A stretch of DNA of 64,000 bases, taken from IMG/VR virus record IMGVR_UViG_3300008113_000043; one strand, written 5' to 3'. Position 1 is the stretch's first letter. Every line of letters begins with the position of its first letter. This DNA comes from an uncultured virus (IMG/VR IMGVR_UViG_3300008113_000043). Its lineage: Duplodnaviria > Heunggongvirae > Uroviricota > Caudoviricetes. Below are positions 18,861-30,073 of the stretch, piece after piece. Under the pieces are notes generated by a model. The model ran no database searches. It had not been told where the DNA came from and was given only the letters and a program-made list of their open reading frames with translations. The translations under genes were made by a program, and so were the position numbers.

Positions 18861-21800
18861 TTTTATTTGCTATGAAGTTAACCACAACTGTTGTTACACC
18901 AACATTTGATACTGGTGTAACTCTAAGAGCAATATATCCAGGTGGAATTGAGTTGTCTATTACAACATCATAAGAAGCAACATCAACTCCAGTAGAAATA
19001 TTTGAATATTCTGAATTGTAGCATGTTACTCCATCATGAATTGATAAAATTTTAGTAATTTGATGTGTATTTCCAATAGAAGTTTGAACTGTGTATTCAA
19101 CAGATCTAAAAACATCTCTCGATAATAACTGAACTTGTGCTGTTGCATTAGATGTTAATGTTGTTGAAATAGTTCCAACTAAAGTGTTACCATTTATTTG
19201 GACATCACCGTAAACATGTAAAGCTGCGTTTGGAGAAACTGTATTAATACCAACAGAACCAATTCCAGAAGAAGCGTCTGCAGTTAAAATTGTTCCACCT
19301 ACACCAACACGCAATCTACCTGTAGTAGTTACACCAGTATTTTGAATATGATCAGATCTTATTATAGGTAGTGTTGATACGCCTGTAATAGAAATATTGG
19401 TTGCATTAAAGAAGTTGAAGTTAGAAACATTTGGTGAATCTAATCTTTGTGTAAATGTTGCAATACCAGCATATAATAAGTTAGAACCGAAAATATCAAG
19501 ATCATTAATTTCTAAACTAGTTCCTTTAATTGCATTAAATGTTGAAATTCCTGTAAATACACAATCGGAACCAATAATATCATTAACTGTAGCGATACCA
19601 GTGCTAACTAAATTAACATTTCTGAGTGTATTAATAGTCGATACACCAGAATAATTTAAATTAGTACCACTTACAAAAGTAATAATACCAACATTTGCTC
19701 TTAATGTTGTTATTGATCCTATTCCAGAAGCATAAATGTCGGTATTTGTTATGCTAGTTAATGTAATATCAGTTGCTAATATTTTACCAAGTGTACTTAT
19801 ACCTGGATAAGATAAATTAGTTCCGACTAAGTTTGGAATAGTTCCTAAACCAGAATAATTTAAATTAGTACCTGTAATAAAGGTTACAATACCAACATTA
19901 GTTCTAAAGTTATTAAAACTTCCTATACCAGTACTATAAATGTTTGTATTGTCCAGATCTTGATAAGTTGCTCTTGTACCAGAAATAGTGGTAACTACAC
20001 CTGTTATTGCATATAATGAATTGAGTTGTCCAGTAGTGTATGATACGTTAGTTCCAGAAAGAGTTGTTACAAATCCAGAGTTAACATATAAAGTATTGAT
20101 TGTACCAATTCCACTGTATGCTACATTAGTACCAGTTAAATTAGTTACAATACCGACATTAGTGTATAAAGTTCTGATTGTACCAATTCCACTATACGCT
20201 ACATTAGTACCAGAAAGATACGTAACAAATCCAACATTAGTATATAATGTATCATTATTAGTAATGTTATCTAAGAATAGTGTAGATGCATTTACTGTTA
20301 CTAAAGTGGTAACTCCAGATACTGATAGATTTTCGTTAGATAGATAAGTTACAAATCCAACATTAGTATATAATGTGTCAATTGTACCAATTCCACTGTA
20401 TGCTACATTAGTACCAGAAAGATAAGTTATAAGTCCAACATTAGATTTTAATGTAGAAATGCTTGCAATACCTGCAAGATTGTCTCTTGAGAAGAATGCA
20501 GTTTCTGTTACAACTCCAATGTTATTGGATGGTTGTGAAATAGTAATAGTATCTGTACCTAAACCTACAATTCTTGTTCCAGATGATATTCCACTTGGTG
20601 CATAAACAAAATCATTAACTTGTAGTGATAGTATAAAGGTTGTAGAAATTCCTATTACAGTCGTATTAATTCCTATAGACGCTTCAGTACTTCCAGCACC
20701 AATAACATAATTTGTAGCAAGAATATAATCTGAGGTTAAAGTTGTTACTAATCCTACATTACTCTTCAATTGAGTGATAGTTCCAAGACCAGTTGTGTAA
20801 ATATTAGTATTATCTAATAGTAATACAGTTCCAATTCCAGCAGAGAAATTGGTGGAATTTAATGCAGTAACAAATCCTACATTAGCAAAGAAGTCAGAAA
20901 CACTGGTAATACCACTAGAATAAATTCTGTCTGCAGTAAAGTTTTCTACTCCAATTGTAGTAGTTTGGAAATTATCACCAACTGCAGATGTAATTGCAAC
21001 ATTTTGAACATTTAGGTTTGCAATTGTTGAAGTTCCAACAATATTTAAATCTACAGAACTTAAATTAATAGTTCCTATTCTATTAGCAATAATTTCAAGA
21101 ACATTCAATACATTTGATATTTCTGCGTCCGTTGCTGATAAAACTCCAACAGTGGCAATTCCAGTATTAATTAAGTTTGCAGTTATATCATTAATTGTAC
21201 CAATTCCACTGTAGTTTAAATTAGTACCAGTTAAGAAGGTTACAATACCAACATTAGTTCTAAAGTTAGTAAAGCTTCCTATTCCAGTATTATAAATGTT
21301 TACATTATCTAAATCTTGGTAGGTTGCTCTTGTACCAGAAATAGTGGTAACAAATCCAATATTAGATCTTATCGTTGGTGTTGTTGTTACACCAGTTACT
21401 TGAATATCTCTACCATAAAATGTGGTAACAAATCCAATATTAGATCTTATAACATCTACTGTACCTACACCACTGTAGTTTAAATTAGTACCAGTTAAGA
21501 AGGTTACAATACCAACATTAGTATTCAATATTGGTAATGTTGAAATTCCAGTATACCAAAGATTTGTTCCCATTAAGTTGGTAACAAATCCAATATTTGT
21601 TCTTAGAGTATCAATAGTACCAATACCAGTATATTGTACATGCGTTCCACTTAAGAATGTAACTAATCCAACACGGGCAGTAATTATATTTGCTGAAGAA
21701 ATACCTGGAGTGTAAATATCGGTATTTACATAAAGTCTTTCTGCAGTGGTTACTCCAGTAATATTTGCATTTAAGGTATCAAAATTTGTAAAAATACCAA

Positions 21801-24800
21801 CATGAGTTTTTAATTTTGTAATGCTTGCAACTCCAGCACGAGGATCATCAACAACAGTAATAGTTGAGGTTGATGTTTGTACTGGATTTATTGATCCAGG
21901 AGTAATTGTTATAATTCCTGGTTCATCAATTGAAAGAATAGTTGTGTTTGGTAACAGTTCAGTTCCACTTGAGTACACCGTCATTTCTGGTGTTAATCCT
22001 GTGGTATCAATTGCAATTTTATTTGTATTTGGACCGATTACAGAATTTAACTGAGTTGTAATTAATGTTTCATTATTGGTTAAAGTAAAATAATCTGCTC
22101 TTAAATTAGTGACAATACCTACAGAAATATAAGTTTCATTAAAACTTGATATTCCAACATAGTAAATATTATTTCCACGTAAGTTTCCAACAGTTCCAAT
22201 AAATGTAGAACCTTCTATGATATTTGCACTTTGGAAAGTTGCTACACCAGTTATGTTTGCATTTTGGATACTTAATTGTTGTTCAGTTAAAATTATATTA
22301 TTATTAATAATAAGTGATTTACCATTATCTAAAAATAGATTTTCTGTTGATCTCCAACTTTCTGTTGGTCTATTATAATAAAATCTCTTATTTGTTGTTC
22401 CATAAAGAGTAATTCCACCTTCATTTGCAGTAAAATCTGTTGCTCCACCAACATCAAAGATAGCAGTTCCACTTAAAACATGTGGATCTAAAACTGTGAA
22501 TTCTGTAGGTGAAATGATTTGATCTACTCTAGTACTTGGAGCGAAACTTCCAATTCCACCAACCTGTGTTATTAATTGTCCAGGTATTATACCAGTAGTA
22601 GTGTACTGATTTGGATCTAAAATTACATAATATGTACCAGATATTAAAGTACCCTCTAGATTAACTTGACTTTGGACAACACCCAATTCAATATTAACAT
22701 CATCGACTTGTAGTGTAGAAGAATTTATTGAAGTTACTGTTCCATCAACTTGAAGGTCACCTTTTACATTTAAATTTCCACCTAAAGTAGTTACACCAGT
22801 AACGTTTAAATTTTGTATTTCTGCAGTTCCAGATGTTGATGTATTTGAAAATTGAGTAAATCCAACAAAATCACTAGGACTATTGAAAGTACTAATTCCA
22901 GAAACAAATACATAATCTAAGTTTGCTGTTCCAAATAACTGGTAAATATCAGTAACAAATGTAGATACTCCAGTTACTTCTAAATCAACAGTAGTTGTAC
23001 CTCTTGCATCTAAATTATTTCTTACAGTAGTAACACCAGTAGTATTTGAAATCACTACTGCAGTTGCATTATTAAAAGCATTAACACTAGTTAAATTAGT
23101 ATTGAATAGTGTTAATGTACCTGTGCTTGATCCAGAAATTGTTGGATTTGCACCATTTATACTGAAAGTTGTAGCATTTGGTAATGATACTGTAGTATTT
23201 CTGATAGTAGTAACACCAGTAGTTGCACCTAAAACAATTCCAGTACCTGCTCCAAAGGCATTTATACTAGTTAAATTAGTATTGAATAGTGTTAATGTAC
23301 CTGTGCTTGATCCAGAAATTGTTGGATTTGCACCATTTATACTAAAGGTAGTTGCATTGGGGAATGATACTGTAGTATTTCTTACTGTTGCTATTCCAGT
23401 CGTAGCACCAATCAATAAATCAGTAGCAGCACCAAATGCATTTACTCTGGTAGCAACAGTGTTATAAAGATTTTGAGTTGCTTGAGATCCAACTACTGTT
23501 GGATTACTAATAGTTAAAGTACCAGAAGTAGCACCTAAGAATAAAGAAGATGCTGCACCGAATGCATTTATAGTACCATTAGTATTAAATACAGTAAAAC
23601 TATTTGGAGTTGCTGTTATTGAAGTAGCATTAGAAAGATTTACCGAAGCATTTCTAATAGTAGTTACTCCAGTAGTAGCACCCAATACCAAATTTGTTGC
23701 CGCACCAAAAGCATTAATGCTTGTTGCTACTGTGTTATAAAGGTTTTGAGTTGCTTGAGTACCAACAACAGTTGGATTACCTATCGTTAAAGTACCAGAA
23801 TTAGCACCAATATTAATACTAGTTGCTTGTCCAAATGCATTAACAGTGTTTGCAATTATATTATATAAATCTTGAGTAGAACTTTGACCAATTACTGCTG
23901 AAGGTCTTAAAGTTAATGTAGCATTAGTAGAACCAATACCAATAGTGGTTGCTTGTCCAAATGCATTTATTGTCGATAAATTTTGATTGAATAATGTTAA
24001 TGTACCTGTGCTTGATCCAGAAATTGTTGGATTTGCACCATCTACAGTAACCAATGTGGCATTTGGAAGTGCTAATTGAGCATTTCTGATGCTAGTAACA
24101 CCAGTAGTTGCACCTAAGACAATATCCGTACCTGCACCAAAAGCATTAACATTGGTTGCTACGGTGTTATATAGATTTTGGATTGACTGAGTTCCAACAA
24201 TAGTTGGATTTCCAATAGTTACTGTTCCATAATTTGCGCCAATATTGATAAATCCAGCAGCACCAAAAGCATTTACTGTAACTGCTTGAGTGTTATAAAG
24301 ATTTTGCGTTACAGCAGCACCAACAACAGTAGAAGGTCTTAGTGTTAAAGTTGCATTAGTAGATCCAATACCAATAGTAGTCGCTTCACCAAAAGCATTA
24401 ACTGTTGTTGCTACTGTATTATAAAGATTTTGAGTTATTTGTGTTCCAATAACATTTGGATTTCTTAGAGTTAAAGTTCCTGAATTTGCACCAATGTTGA
24501 TAGTTGTTGCTGCACCAAGAGCATTAACCGTAGTTGCTACTGTATTATAGAGGTTTTGGGTTGATTGAGTTCCAAGTACTGTCGAAGGTCTTAGTGTTAA
24601 AGTTGCATCAGTAGATCCAATACCAATAGCAGTTGCTTCACCAAAAGCATTAACTGTTGTTGCTACTGTATTATAAAGATTTTGAGATGCTTGAGTACCA
24701 ATTACTGTTGGGTTACCTATAGTTAATGTACCCGAGTTTGCCCCAATATTAACACTTGTTGCAGCACCAAAAGCATTAACTGTTGTTGCTACTGTGTTAT

Positions 24801-27687
24801 AAAGATTTTGGGTAGTGTTAGCACCAATTAATGTTATAGATCTTAAAGTAGTTGTTCCAGATGCTTCACCGAGGTTTAATGATGTTGCTGCACCAAAAGC
24901 ATTAACTGTAGATGCTACAGTATTATAAACGTTTTGTGATAAATTTGTACCAACAACTGTTGATGGTCTTAATGTCAAAGTTGCATTAGTAGAACCAATT
25001 CCAATATTAGTTGCATCTCCAAATGCAGTAACAGTTGTAGTGGTTGTATCAATAAAGCGATATGTTGATTGATTGGTTATGAATAATTGCGAATTATGAC
25101 TAATCGTATTGTTAAATGTTGATATTCCAGAGACAAATAAATTATTGTCTAAACGAACATCACCCATTAAGGTAGAAATACCTGTTACTCTAAATGTTGA
25201 TGTGGTAGTAATTCCACTTATATTTAAATTATTTGTAAAATTAGTATCACCACTTAGTGTAGAAACACCAGTTACTCTTAAATTTACAGTAGTTGTAATG
25301 CCACTTACATTTAAGTTAGCATTAATCATTGAATCGGAACTGAAAGTTGATACTCCAGCAACTCTTAATGCATTATTAAGTTCAACATTACCCATTAATG
25401 TGGAAATACCAGTAACCCTAAAGGTTGCTGTGGTTGTAATTCCACTTATATTTAAATTATTTGTTAAATTAGTATCACCTGTTAGTGTTGATACACCAGT
25501 TACTCTAAAATTGCCAGTAGTAGTAATTCCTAGAACATTCAGGTTATTTGTTAAATTAGTGTCACCAGTTAAAGTAGAAACACCAGTTACTCTAAAGTTT
25601 CCTGTAGTTGTAATTCCACTCACATTCAAGTGAGCATTAATCATTGAATTAGAACTAAAAGTCGATACTCCAGCAACTCTTAATGCATTATTAAGTTCAA
25701 CATTACCCATTAATGTGGAAATACCAGTAACTCTCATTGTGGTGAGAGTTGTAATTCCAGAAACTAGAACATCGGTATCAAATTCTGAACTATTATTGAA
25801 TGTTGAGAATCCAGTAACATTTAAATTATTAATAGTACCAATACCAGAAGTTCTGATATTATTATTAAATTCTACATCAGAAACAAATGTTGATACTCCA
25901 GCAACTCTTAATTCATCTTCAATACGAACACTATTGGTGAATGTAGATACCCCAGAAATTCTTAAATCTTTCCCTACATTTAAATTACTAGAAATACCTA
26001 CACCGCCACTTACCTGCAGTGTTCCAGTGGTTGAAGTATATGAATCTTGTCCGCCACTTAAATTAACTGTGTAATTTCTTACGGTAGTTACGCCAGTTTC
26101 TGAACCAATTGTAATATTTGTACCATCACCAGCAAAATTTATTGTTTGTGCAGTATCATTAATTAAATTATAATTTGGTTGATCTGTTACAAAATCAGAA
26201 TTATAATGTCTTATTGGATCATAAAATGTGGATATACCAATAACTTCCAGATGACTTGCAGTTAATGTTCCAGTTAATGTAATATCACTTGTACTTGCAA
26301 TAGAAACTAGACCAGTTTCTTGGTCAATTCTAAAAATTGATCCAATTCTAAAATTACCAGCTTGATCTACCGATTGGAAATATACTCTACCACCATTTAA
26401 TTGAATTGCTTCATTTTCAGGCAAAGTTAGAGTTGGATCTTGTGTAAATGTTTTCCCAGATCCAACACAACCAAAATTAAATCCGAAAAGTCTTAATTGT
26501 ACTCCTTTACCATCACCACGTACACCTACAGTACCAAAGTTTGTTGCAGATCCAATGGATCTCATGTCTGCACCAAACTTTTGATAATCTGCCCAAAGAA
26601 TAGTGCTTGCAGTACCTACTTGAGTAATTCCATTGGATTGGAAAATTCTAACATCTTGTGTGGATCCAATACCAACAGAATTGAATATACCAGAACCTTT
26701 ACCTAAAATAGTTACATATTCACCTTCAGTAGATACTACAGTTCCTATAGCAACTGGAGTTCCACCTTGATAATATTTTACAACATAATTCGCTGCAATA
26801 GATGTTGTAATTCCAGAAAGTTTTAATTGAACATTTGCAGTACTTGCTACACCAACATTTCCAGAAGTACCATCAATACCAACACTTGCAAAATAGGTAA
26901 AACAATTTACCCATTCTGTTCTTGCCCCGTTAGTCATCTTCAGGGCAGTTTGGTTTGGAGTGATAAAAGTACACTCATTAAAGAGCATTGCAGGCTCTAG
27001 TGTTGTTGATTGAACAACACTAGCATCTATTAAAACACCTCTACCAGCAATTTTTGATGTTGGATAATTATCTACTGTATCAAATCCATATGGATCTGTT
27101 GCTGTCTGCGTTGATCCTCTGTTAAGTACAGTAATTCTCTGAATATAAGGGCTCCTAGTGGTTGTGACCATGTTAGGAGCAAATTTAAATCCATATCCAG
27201 TATCTGTGGATGAATTGTAGTAAAAATTACCTAAGGATAAGTCCTCAATAGTAGTTTCTCCATTTAAGAGAAACGCATCATTCCTTTCTGTACCAGATGT
27301 TGGTTGAATAAATGTAGATCTTATACCATTTCCGCGTACAGTAACCCCTTGTGGTATAGTTAATGGGAAAATTTCAGTAAAAGTACCAGAAGAAATTTGA
27401 ATAGTATCCCCAGCAATTGCTACAGTTAATGCCTTTTTAAGTGTAGCAAATGCTGCAGATATATTCTGACCATCATTTGTGTCTAAACCAGTTTTGGTGA
27501 CATAATACGTTTGACCTGGGTATCCTCCACCCAGATTTACCACAGTTTCTACGCCACCTACATCTTTTTTTAGGTAAGCTTTACCGTCATGCGTATTTAC
27601 GGCTAATTCCCCTAATTGAAGGTCTGATGTAAGGGGAATTTTTCCTGGTGTTGAGGATCTTTTTAGTCTAATGATTGGATCTGCCAT
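18856..27687 (-). CDS. Giant repeat-rich fibre protein (2943 aa)
   Basis: N-terminal IIRLKRSSTPGKIP...GELAVNTHDG motif; YYV..G.D.NDG...F.TLKKAL beta-helix start; three families of internal repeats. Confidence 0.85.
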   Translation of the reverse strand: MADPIIRLKRSSTPGKIPLTSDLQLGELAVNTHDGKAYLKKDVGGVETVVNLGGGYPGQTYYVTKTGLDTNDGQNISAAFATLKKALTVAIAGDTIQISSGTFTEIFPLTIPQGVTVRGNGIRSTFIQPTSGTERNDAFLLNGETTIEDLSLGNFYYNSSTDTGYGFKFAPNMVTTTRSPYIQRITVLNRGSTQTATDPYGFDTVDNYPTSKIAGRGVLIDASVVQSTTLEPAMLFNECTFITPNQTALKMTNGARTEWVNCFTYFASVGIDGTSGNVGVASTANVQLKLSGITTSIAANYVVKYYQGGTPVAIGTVVSTEGEYVTILGKGSGIFNSVGIGSTQDVRIFQSNGITQVGTASTILWADYQKFGADMRSIGSATNFGTVGVRGDGKGVQLRLFGFNFGCVGSGKTFTQDPTLTLPENEAIQLNGGRVYFQSVDQAGNFRIGSIFRIDQETGLVSIASTSDITLTGTLTASHLEVIGISTFYDPIRHYNSDFVTDQPNYNLINDTAQTINFAGDGTNITIGSETGVTTVRNYTVNLSGGQDSYTSTTGTLQVSGGVGISSNLNVGKDLRISGVSTFTNSVRIEDELRVAGVSTFVSDVEFNNNIRTSGIGTINNLNVTGFSTFNNSSEFDTDVLVSGITTLTTMRVTGISTLMGNVELNNALRVAGVSTFSSNSMINAHLNVSGITTTGNFRVTGVSTLTGDTNLTNNLNVLGITTTGNFRVTGVSTLTGDTNLTNNLNISGITTTATFRVTGISTLMGNVELNNALRVAGVSTFSSDSMINANLNVSGITTTVNLRVTGVSTLSGDTNFTNNLNISGITTTSTFRVTGISTLMGDVRLDNNLFVSGISTFNNTISHNSQLFITNQSTYRFIDTTTTTVTAFGDATNIGIGSTNATLTLRPSTVVGTNLSQNVYNTVASTVNAFGAATSLNLGEASGTTTLRSITLIGANTTQNLYNTVATTVNAFGAATSVNIGANSGTLTIGNPTVIGTQASQNLYNTVATTVNAFGEATAIGIGSTDATLTLRPSTVLGTQSTQNLYNTVATTVNALGAATTINIGANSGTLTLRNPNVIGTQITQNLYNTVATTVNAFGEATTIGIGSTNATLTLRPSTVVGAAVTQNLYNTQAVTVNAFGAAGFINIGANYGTVTIGNPTIVGTQSIQNLYNTVATNVNAFGAGTDIVLGATTGVTSIRNAQLALPNATLVTVDGANPTISGSSTGTLTLFNQNLSTINAFGQATTIGIGSTNATLTLRPSAVIGQSSTQDLYNIIANTVNAFGQATSINIGANSGTLTIGNPTVVGTQATQNLYNTVATSINAFGAATNLVLGATTGVTTIRNASVNLSNATSITATPNSFTVFNTNGTINAFGAASSLFLGATSGTLTISNPTVVGSQATQNLYNTVATRVNAFGAATDLLIGATTGIATVRNTTVSFPNATTFSINGANPTISGSSTGTLTLFNTNLTSINAFGAGTGIVLGATTGVTTIRNTTVSLPNATTFSINGANPTISGSSTGTLTLFNTNLTSVNAFNNATAVVISNTTGVTTVRNNLDARGTTTVDLEVTGVSTFVTDIYQLFGTANLDYVFVSGISTFNSPSDFVGFTQFSNTSTSGTAEIQNLNVTGVTTLGGNLNVKGDLQVDGTVTSINSSTLQVDDVNIELGVVQSQVNLEGTLISGTYYVILDPNQYTTTGIIPGQLITQVGGIGSFAPSTRVDQIISPTEFTVLDPHVLSGTAIFDVGGATDFTANEGGITLYGTTNKRFYYNRPTESWRSTENLFLDNGKSLIINNNIILTEQQLSIQNANITGVATFQSANIIEGSTFIGTVGNLRGNNIYYVGISSFNETYISVGIVTNLRADYFTLTNNETLITTQLNSVIGPNTNKIAIDTTGLTPEMTVYSSGTELLPNTTILSIDEPGIITITPGSINPVQTSTSTITVVDDPRAGVASITKLKTHVGIFTNFDTLNANITGVTTAERLYVNTDIYTPGISSANIITARVGLVTFLSGTHVQYTGIGTIDTLRTNIGFVTNLMGTNLWYTGISTLPILNTNVGIVTFLTGTNLNYSGVGTVDVIRSNIGFVTTFYGRDIQVTGVTTTPTIRSNIGFVTTISGTRATYQDLDNVNIYNTGIGSFTNFRTNVGIVTFLTGTNLNYSGIGTINDITANLINTGIATVGVLSATDAEISNVLNVLEIIANRIGTINLSSVDLNIVGTSTIANLNVQNVAITSAVGDNFQTTTIGVENFTADRIYSSGITSVSDFFANVGFVTALNSTNFSAGIGTVLLLDNTNIYTTGLGTITQLKSNVGLVTTLTSDYILATNYVIGAGSTEASIGINTTVIGISTTFILSLQVNDFVYAPSGISSGTRIVGLGTDTITISQPSNNIGVVTETAFFSRDNLAGIASISTLKSNVGLITYLSGTNVAYSGIGTIDTLYTNVGFVTYLSNENLSVSGVTTLVTVNASTLFLDNITNNDTLYTNVGFVTYLSGTNVAYSGIGTIRTLYTNVGIVTNLTGTNVAYSGIGTINTLYVNSGFVTTLSGTNVSYTTGQLNSLYAITGVVTTISGTRATYQDLDNTNIYSTGIGSFNNFRTNVGIVTFITGTNLNYSGLGTIPNLVGTNLSYPGISTLGKILATDITLTSITNTDIYASGIGSITTLRANVGIITFVSGTNLNYSGVSTINTLRNVNLVSTGIATVNDIIGSDCVFTGISTFNAIKGTSLEINDLDIFGSNLLYAGIATFTQRLDSPNVSNFNFFNATNISITGVSTLPIIRSDHIQNTGVTTTGRLRVGVGGTILTADASSGIGSVGINTVSPNAALHVYGDVQINGNTLVGTISTTLTSNATAQVQLLSRDVFRSVEYTVQTSIGNTHQITKILSIHDGVTCYNSEYSNISTGVDVASYDVVIDNSIPPGYIALRVTPVSNVGVTTVVVNFIANKI
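19600..21830 (-). repeat. Coding repeats of about 30 aa (NVGIVTFLTGTNLNYSGIGTI...)
   Basis: Many copies; an identical 53-bp DNA block at 21206-21258 and 21470-21522. Confidence 0.85.
23050..25050 (-). repeat. Coding repeats of about 40 and 60 aa (QNLYNTVATTVNAFGAAT...)
   Basis: Many copies; an identical 78-bp block at 23086-23163 and 23266-23343. Confidence 0.9.
25110..26000 (-). repeat. Coding repeats (NLNVSGITTTGNFRVTGVSTLTGD / ELRVAGVSTF) shared with the neighbouring gene
   Basis: Near-identical DNA units also present at 28300-29500. Confidence 0.9.
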
Positions 27688-27764
27688 CTAACCTCATATC
27701 TGTATTTACAGCGATACCCTTGGGGGTAATAGGGTCGGTTTTATCTATTTATTTAAGTAGAAAC

Positions 27765-30026
27765 TCAGTAGCTTCCACCATCGATTGTAATATTTTCTAA
27801 TCTTCTTTCTCCCGCAATACAAGTAACAGTTTTAGATTGACCTGCACAATCATTGAACCATAATGCACCCATTTCAACTTCTGCCCAAGAAACTGTAGTT
27901 AAAATATTTACAGATTCAGTCACATTTGAAGCAATACCAACTCTTTGTACTGAATCATCCCAGTAAAGTGCTGCTTTTTTAGCAGAAGTGTCATAATAAT
28001 GCATTATAAATCCAAGATCAATATTCGCATCAAGTGATGGTGGAATTAAAACTCCAGATCCATTATCTACTAATCCTGCTTCTATTAAGTTGTCTTTTAC
28101 TTTTAATACTGTGGAATTTACTGATGTTGTTTCTCCATCAACATATAAATCACCTTTAATTCTTACTGACCCAGTATTAGTACCAATTCCTGCTGGATCA
28201 ATAACTATTGCAGAAGGACCTGTAATAATTCCACTTCTAAATGTAAAATCTAGAATAGTTGTAACACCAACTACTTTTAGATTTTGATTAAATTCTGCAT
28301 CTAATTGGAAAGTTGATACTCCAGCAACTCTTAATTCATCTTCGATACGAACACTATTAACAAGTGTTGATACACCAGCAACGTTTAAATTATTATCTAA
28401 ACGTACATCACCCATTAATGTGGAAATACCAGTAACCCTAAAGGTTGCTGTAGTTGTAATGCCACTTACGTTTAAGTTATTACTAAAGTTAGTATCACCA
28501 GTTAAAGTAGAAACACCAGTTACTCTAAAATTGCCAGTAGTTGTAATACCAAGAACATTTAAGTTATTTGATAAATTAGTATCACCAGTTAAAGTAGAAA
28601 CACCAGTTACTCTAAAATTGCCAGTAGTAGTAATTCCAAGAATATTTAAGTTATTTGATAAATTAGTATCGCCTGTTAATGTTGATACTCCAGTAACTCT
28701 GAAATTACCTGTGGTTGTGATACCACTCACATTTAAGTGAGCGTTAATCATTGAATCTGAGTTGAAAGTTGATACTCCAGCAACTCTTAATTCATCTTCA
28801 ATGCGAACACTATTAACAAGTGTTGATACTCCAGCAACGTTTAAATTATTATCAAGTTCAATATCACCAACAAAAGTTGCAATACCAATAATATTGAAAT
28901 TATTAACAGTTGTAATACCTGTAACATTCAAATCAGCATTGACCATCATATGATTATTAAAAGTTGATACTCCAACAACTCTTAACTCATCTTCAATGCG
29001 AACACTATTGATAAATGTAGATACACCAGCAACATTTAAGTTGTTATTTAATTCAACATCACCCATTAATGTTGAAATACCAGTAACTCTAAAAGTTCCT
29101 GTAGTTGTAATGCCAAGAACATTCAGGTTATTTGATAAATTAGTATCACCTGTTAATGTCGATACTCCAGTTACTCTAAAATTGCCAGTAGTTGTGATGC
29201 CCGTAACATTTAAGTGGGCATTAATCATTGAATCAGAATTAAAAGTTGATACTCCAACAACTCTTAATTCATCTTCAATACGTACACTATTAATAAATGT
29301 AGATACACCAGCAACATTTAGGTTATTGTTTAATTCAACATCACCCATTAATGTTGAAATACCAGTAACTCTCATTGTGGTAAGAGTTGTAATTCCAGAA
29401 ACTCTTACATTTTTGTTAAATTCACTATCTAAAACAAAAGTTGATACTCCAGCAACTCTTAATTGAGAATTTAATCTTACATTATTAGCAAAAGTTGATA
29501 ATCCATTTACATATAAGTTTTCAGTGATAGAAATTCCAAGTCCAACATTAATTGATTTTTCTACACCAATACCACCTTCTACTACTAAAGCTCCAGTATC
29601 TTTACTTGTGGATTCTGTTGTGCTCGTAAGTCCCAATGGACCAGTTACAGTAGTAAATCCACTTAAAACTGCATTTAAAAATCCACTATCCCAATATAAA
29701 TTTCCAAGTCCATCATTTGTTAAAATCGATTGAACTCCACCTTGAGTTCCTGGTAATGTGTATGTAACTACACCCGCTAAAGTATTTGGTGATTTTACTG
29801 AAATATGGTTGCTACCGTCTTTATCTACTAAATTAAGACTTAAAGATACTGATCCGTTTTCTCTAGTCCAATATCGATGAGATCCAAAAAATTTATTCCC
29901 GCCTACAGTGGTATTAAAACCTACAAAAAGATCATACTTATCTGTAGTAAACCCAGGTTCACCCGCCCTTAACGCAGGGAGTGCTGCATATTCTCCGCGT
30001 TTAAATTGTAGAATTGGTACTGGCAT
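27765..30026 (-). CDS. Repeat-rich fibre protein (753 aa)
   Basis: N-terminal ILQFKRG..LPALRAGEPGFTTD; central repeat array; C-terminal IDGGSY. Confidence 0.85.
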   Translation of the reverse strand: MPVPILQFKRGEYAALPALRAGEPGFTTDKYDLFVGFNTTVGGNKFFGSHRYWTRENGSVSLSLNLVDKDGSNHISVKSPNTLAGVVTYTLPGTQGGVQSILTNDGLGNLYWDSGFLNAVLSGFTTVTGPLGLTSTTESTSKDTGALVVEGGIGVEKSINVGLGISITENLYVNGLSTFANNVRLNSQLRVAGVSTFVLDSEFNKNVRVSGITTLTTMRVTGISTLMGDVELNNNLNVAGVSTFINSVRIEDELRVVGVSTFNSDSMINAHLNVTGITTTGNFRVTGVSTLTGDTNLSNNLNVLGITTTGTFRVTGISTLMGDVELNNNLNVAGVSTFINSVRIEDELRVVGVSTFNNHMMVNADLNVTGITTVNNFNIIGIATFVGDIELDNNLNVAGVSTLVNSVRIEDELRVAGVSTFNSDSMINAHLNVSGITTTGNFRVTGVSTLTGDTNLSNNLNILGITTTGNFRVTGVSTLTGDTNLSNNLNVLGITTTGNFRVTGVSTLTGDTNFSNNLNVSGITTTATFRVTGISTLMGDVRLDNNLNVAGVSTLVNSVRIEDELRVAGVSTFQLDAEFNQNLKVVGVTTILDFTFRSGIITGPSAIVIDPAGIGTNTGSVRIKGDLYVDGETTSVNSTVLKVKDNLIEAGLVDNGSGVLIPPSLDANIDLGFIMHYYDTSAKKAALYWDDSVQRVGIASNVTESVNILTTVSWAEVEMGALWFNDCAGQSKTVTCIAGERRLENITIDGGSY
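28300..29500 (-). repeat. Tandem coding repeat array of about 18- and 28-aa units
   Basis: Repeated NNLNVAGVSTFINSVRIEDELRV and GITTTGNFRVTGVSTLTGD with near-identical DNA. Confidence 0.9.
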
Positions 30027-30073
30027 GGAACCTTATAATAATTTTACTAGTATTATTATTTATTTTTATATAA

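Noticed and set aside
23050..29500. Regularly spaced DNA repeats as a possible CRISPR array
   Set aside because: Repeats lie in frame inside long ORFs, vary at third codon positions, have no unique spacers, and no cas genes are present
19397..29733. Many plus-strand ORFs (e.g. 25109..25633, 28420..28740, 28996..29466)
   Set aside because: Antisense shadows of repetitive Gly/Thr/Val-rich fibre codons; no RBS or promoter support, and all credible genes are on the minus strand
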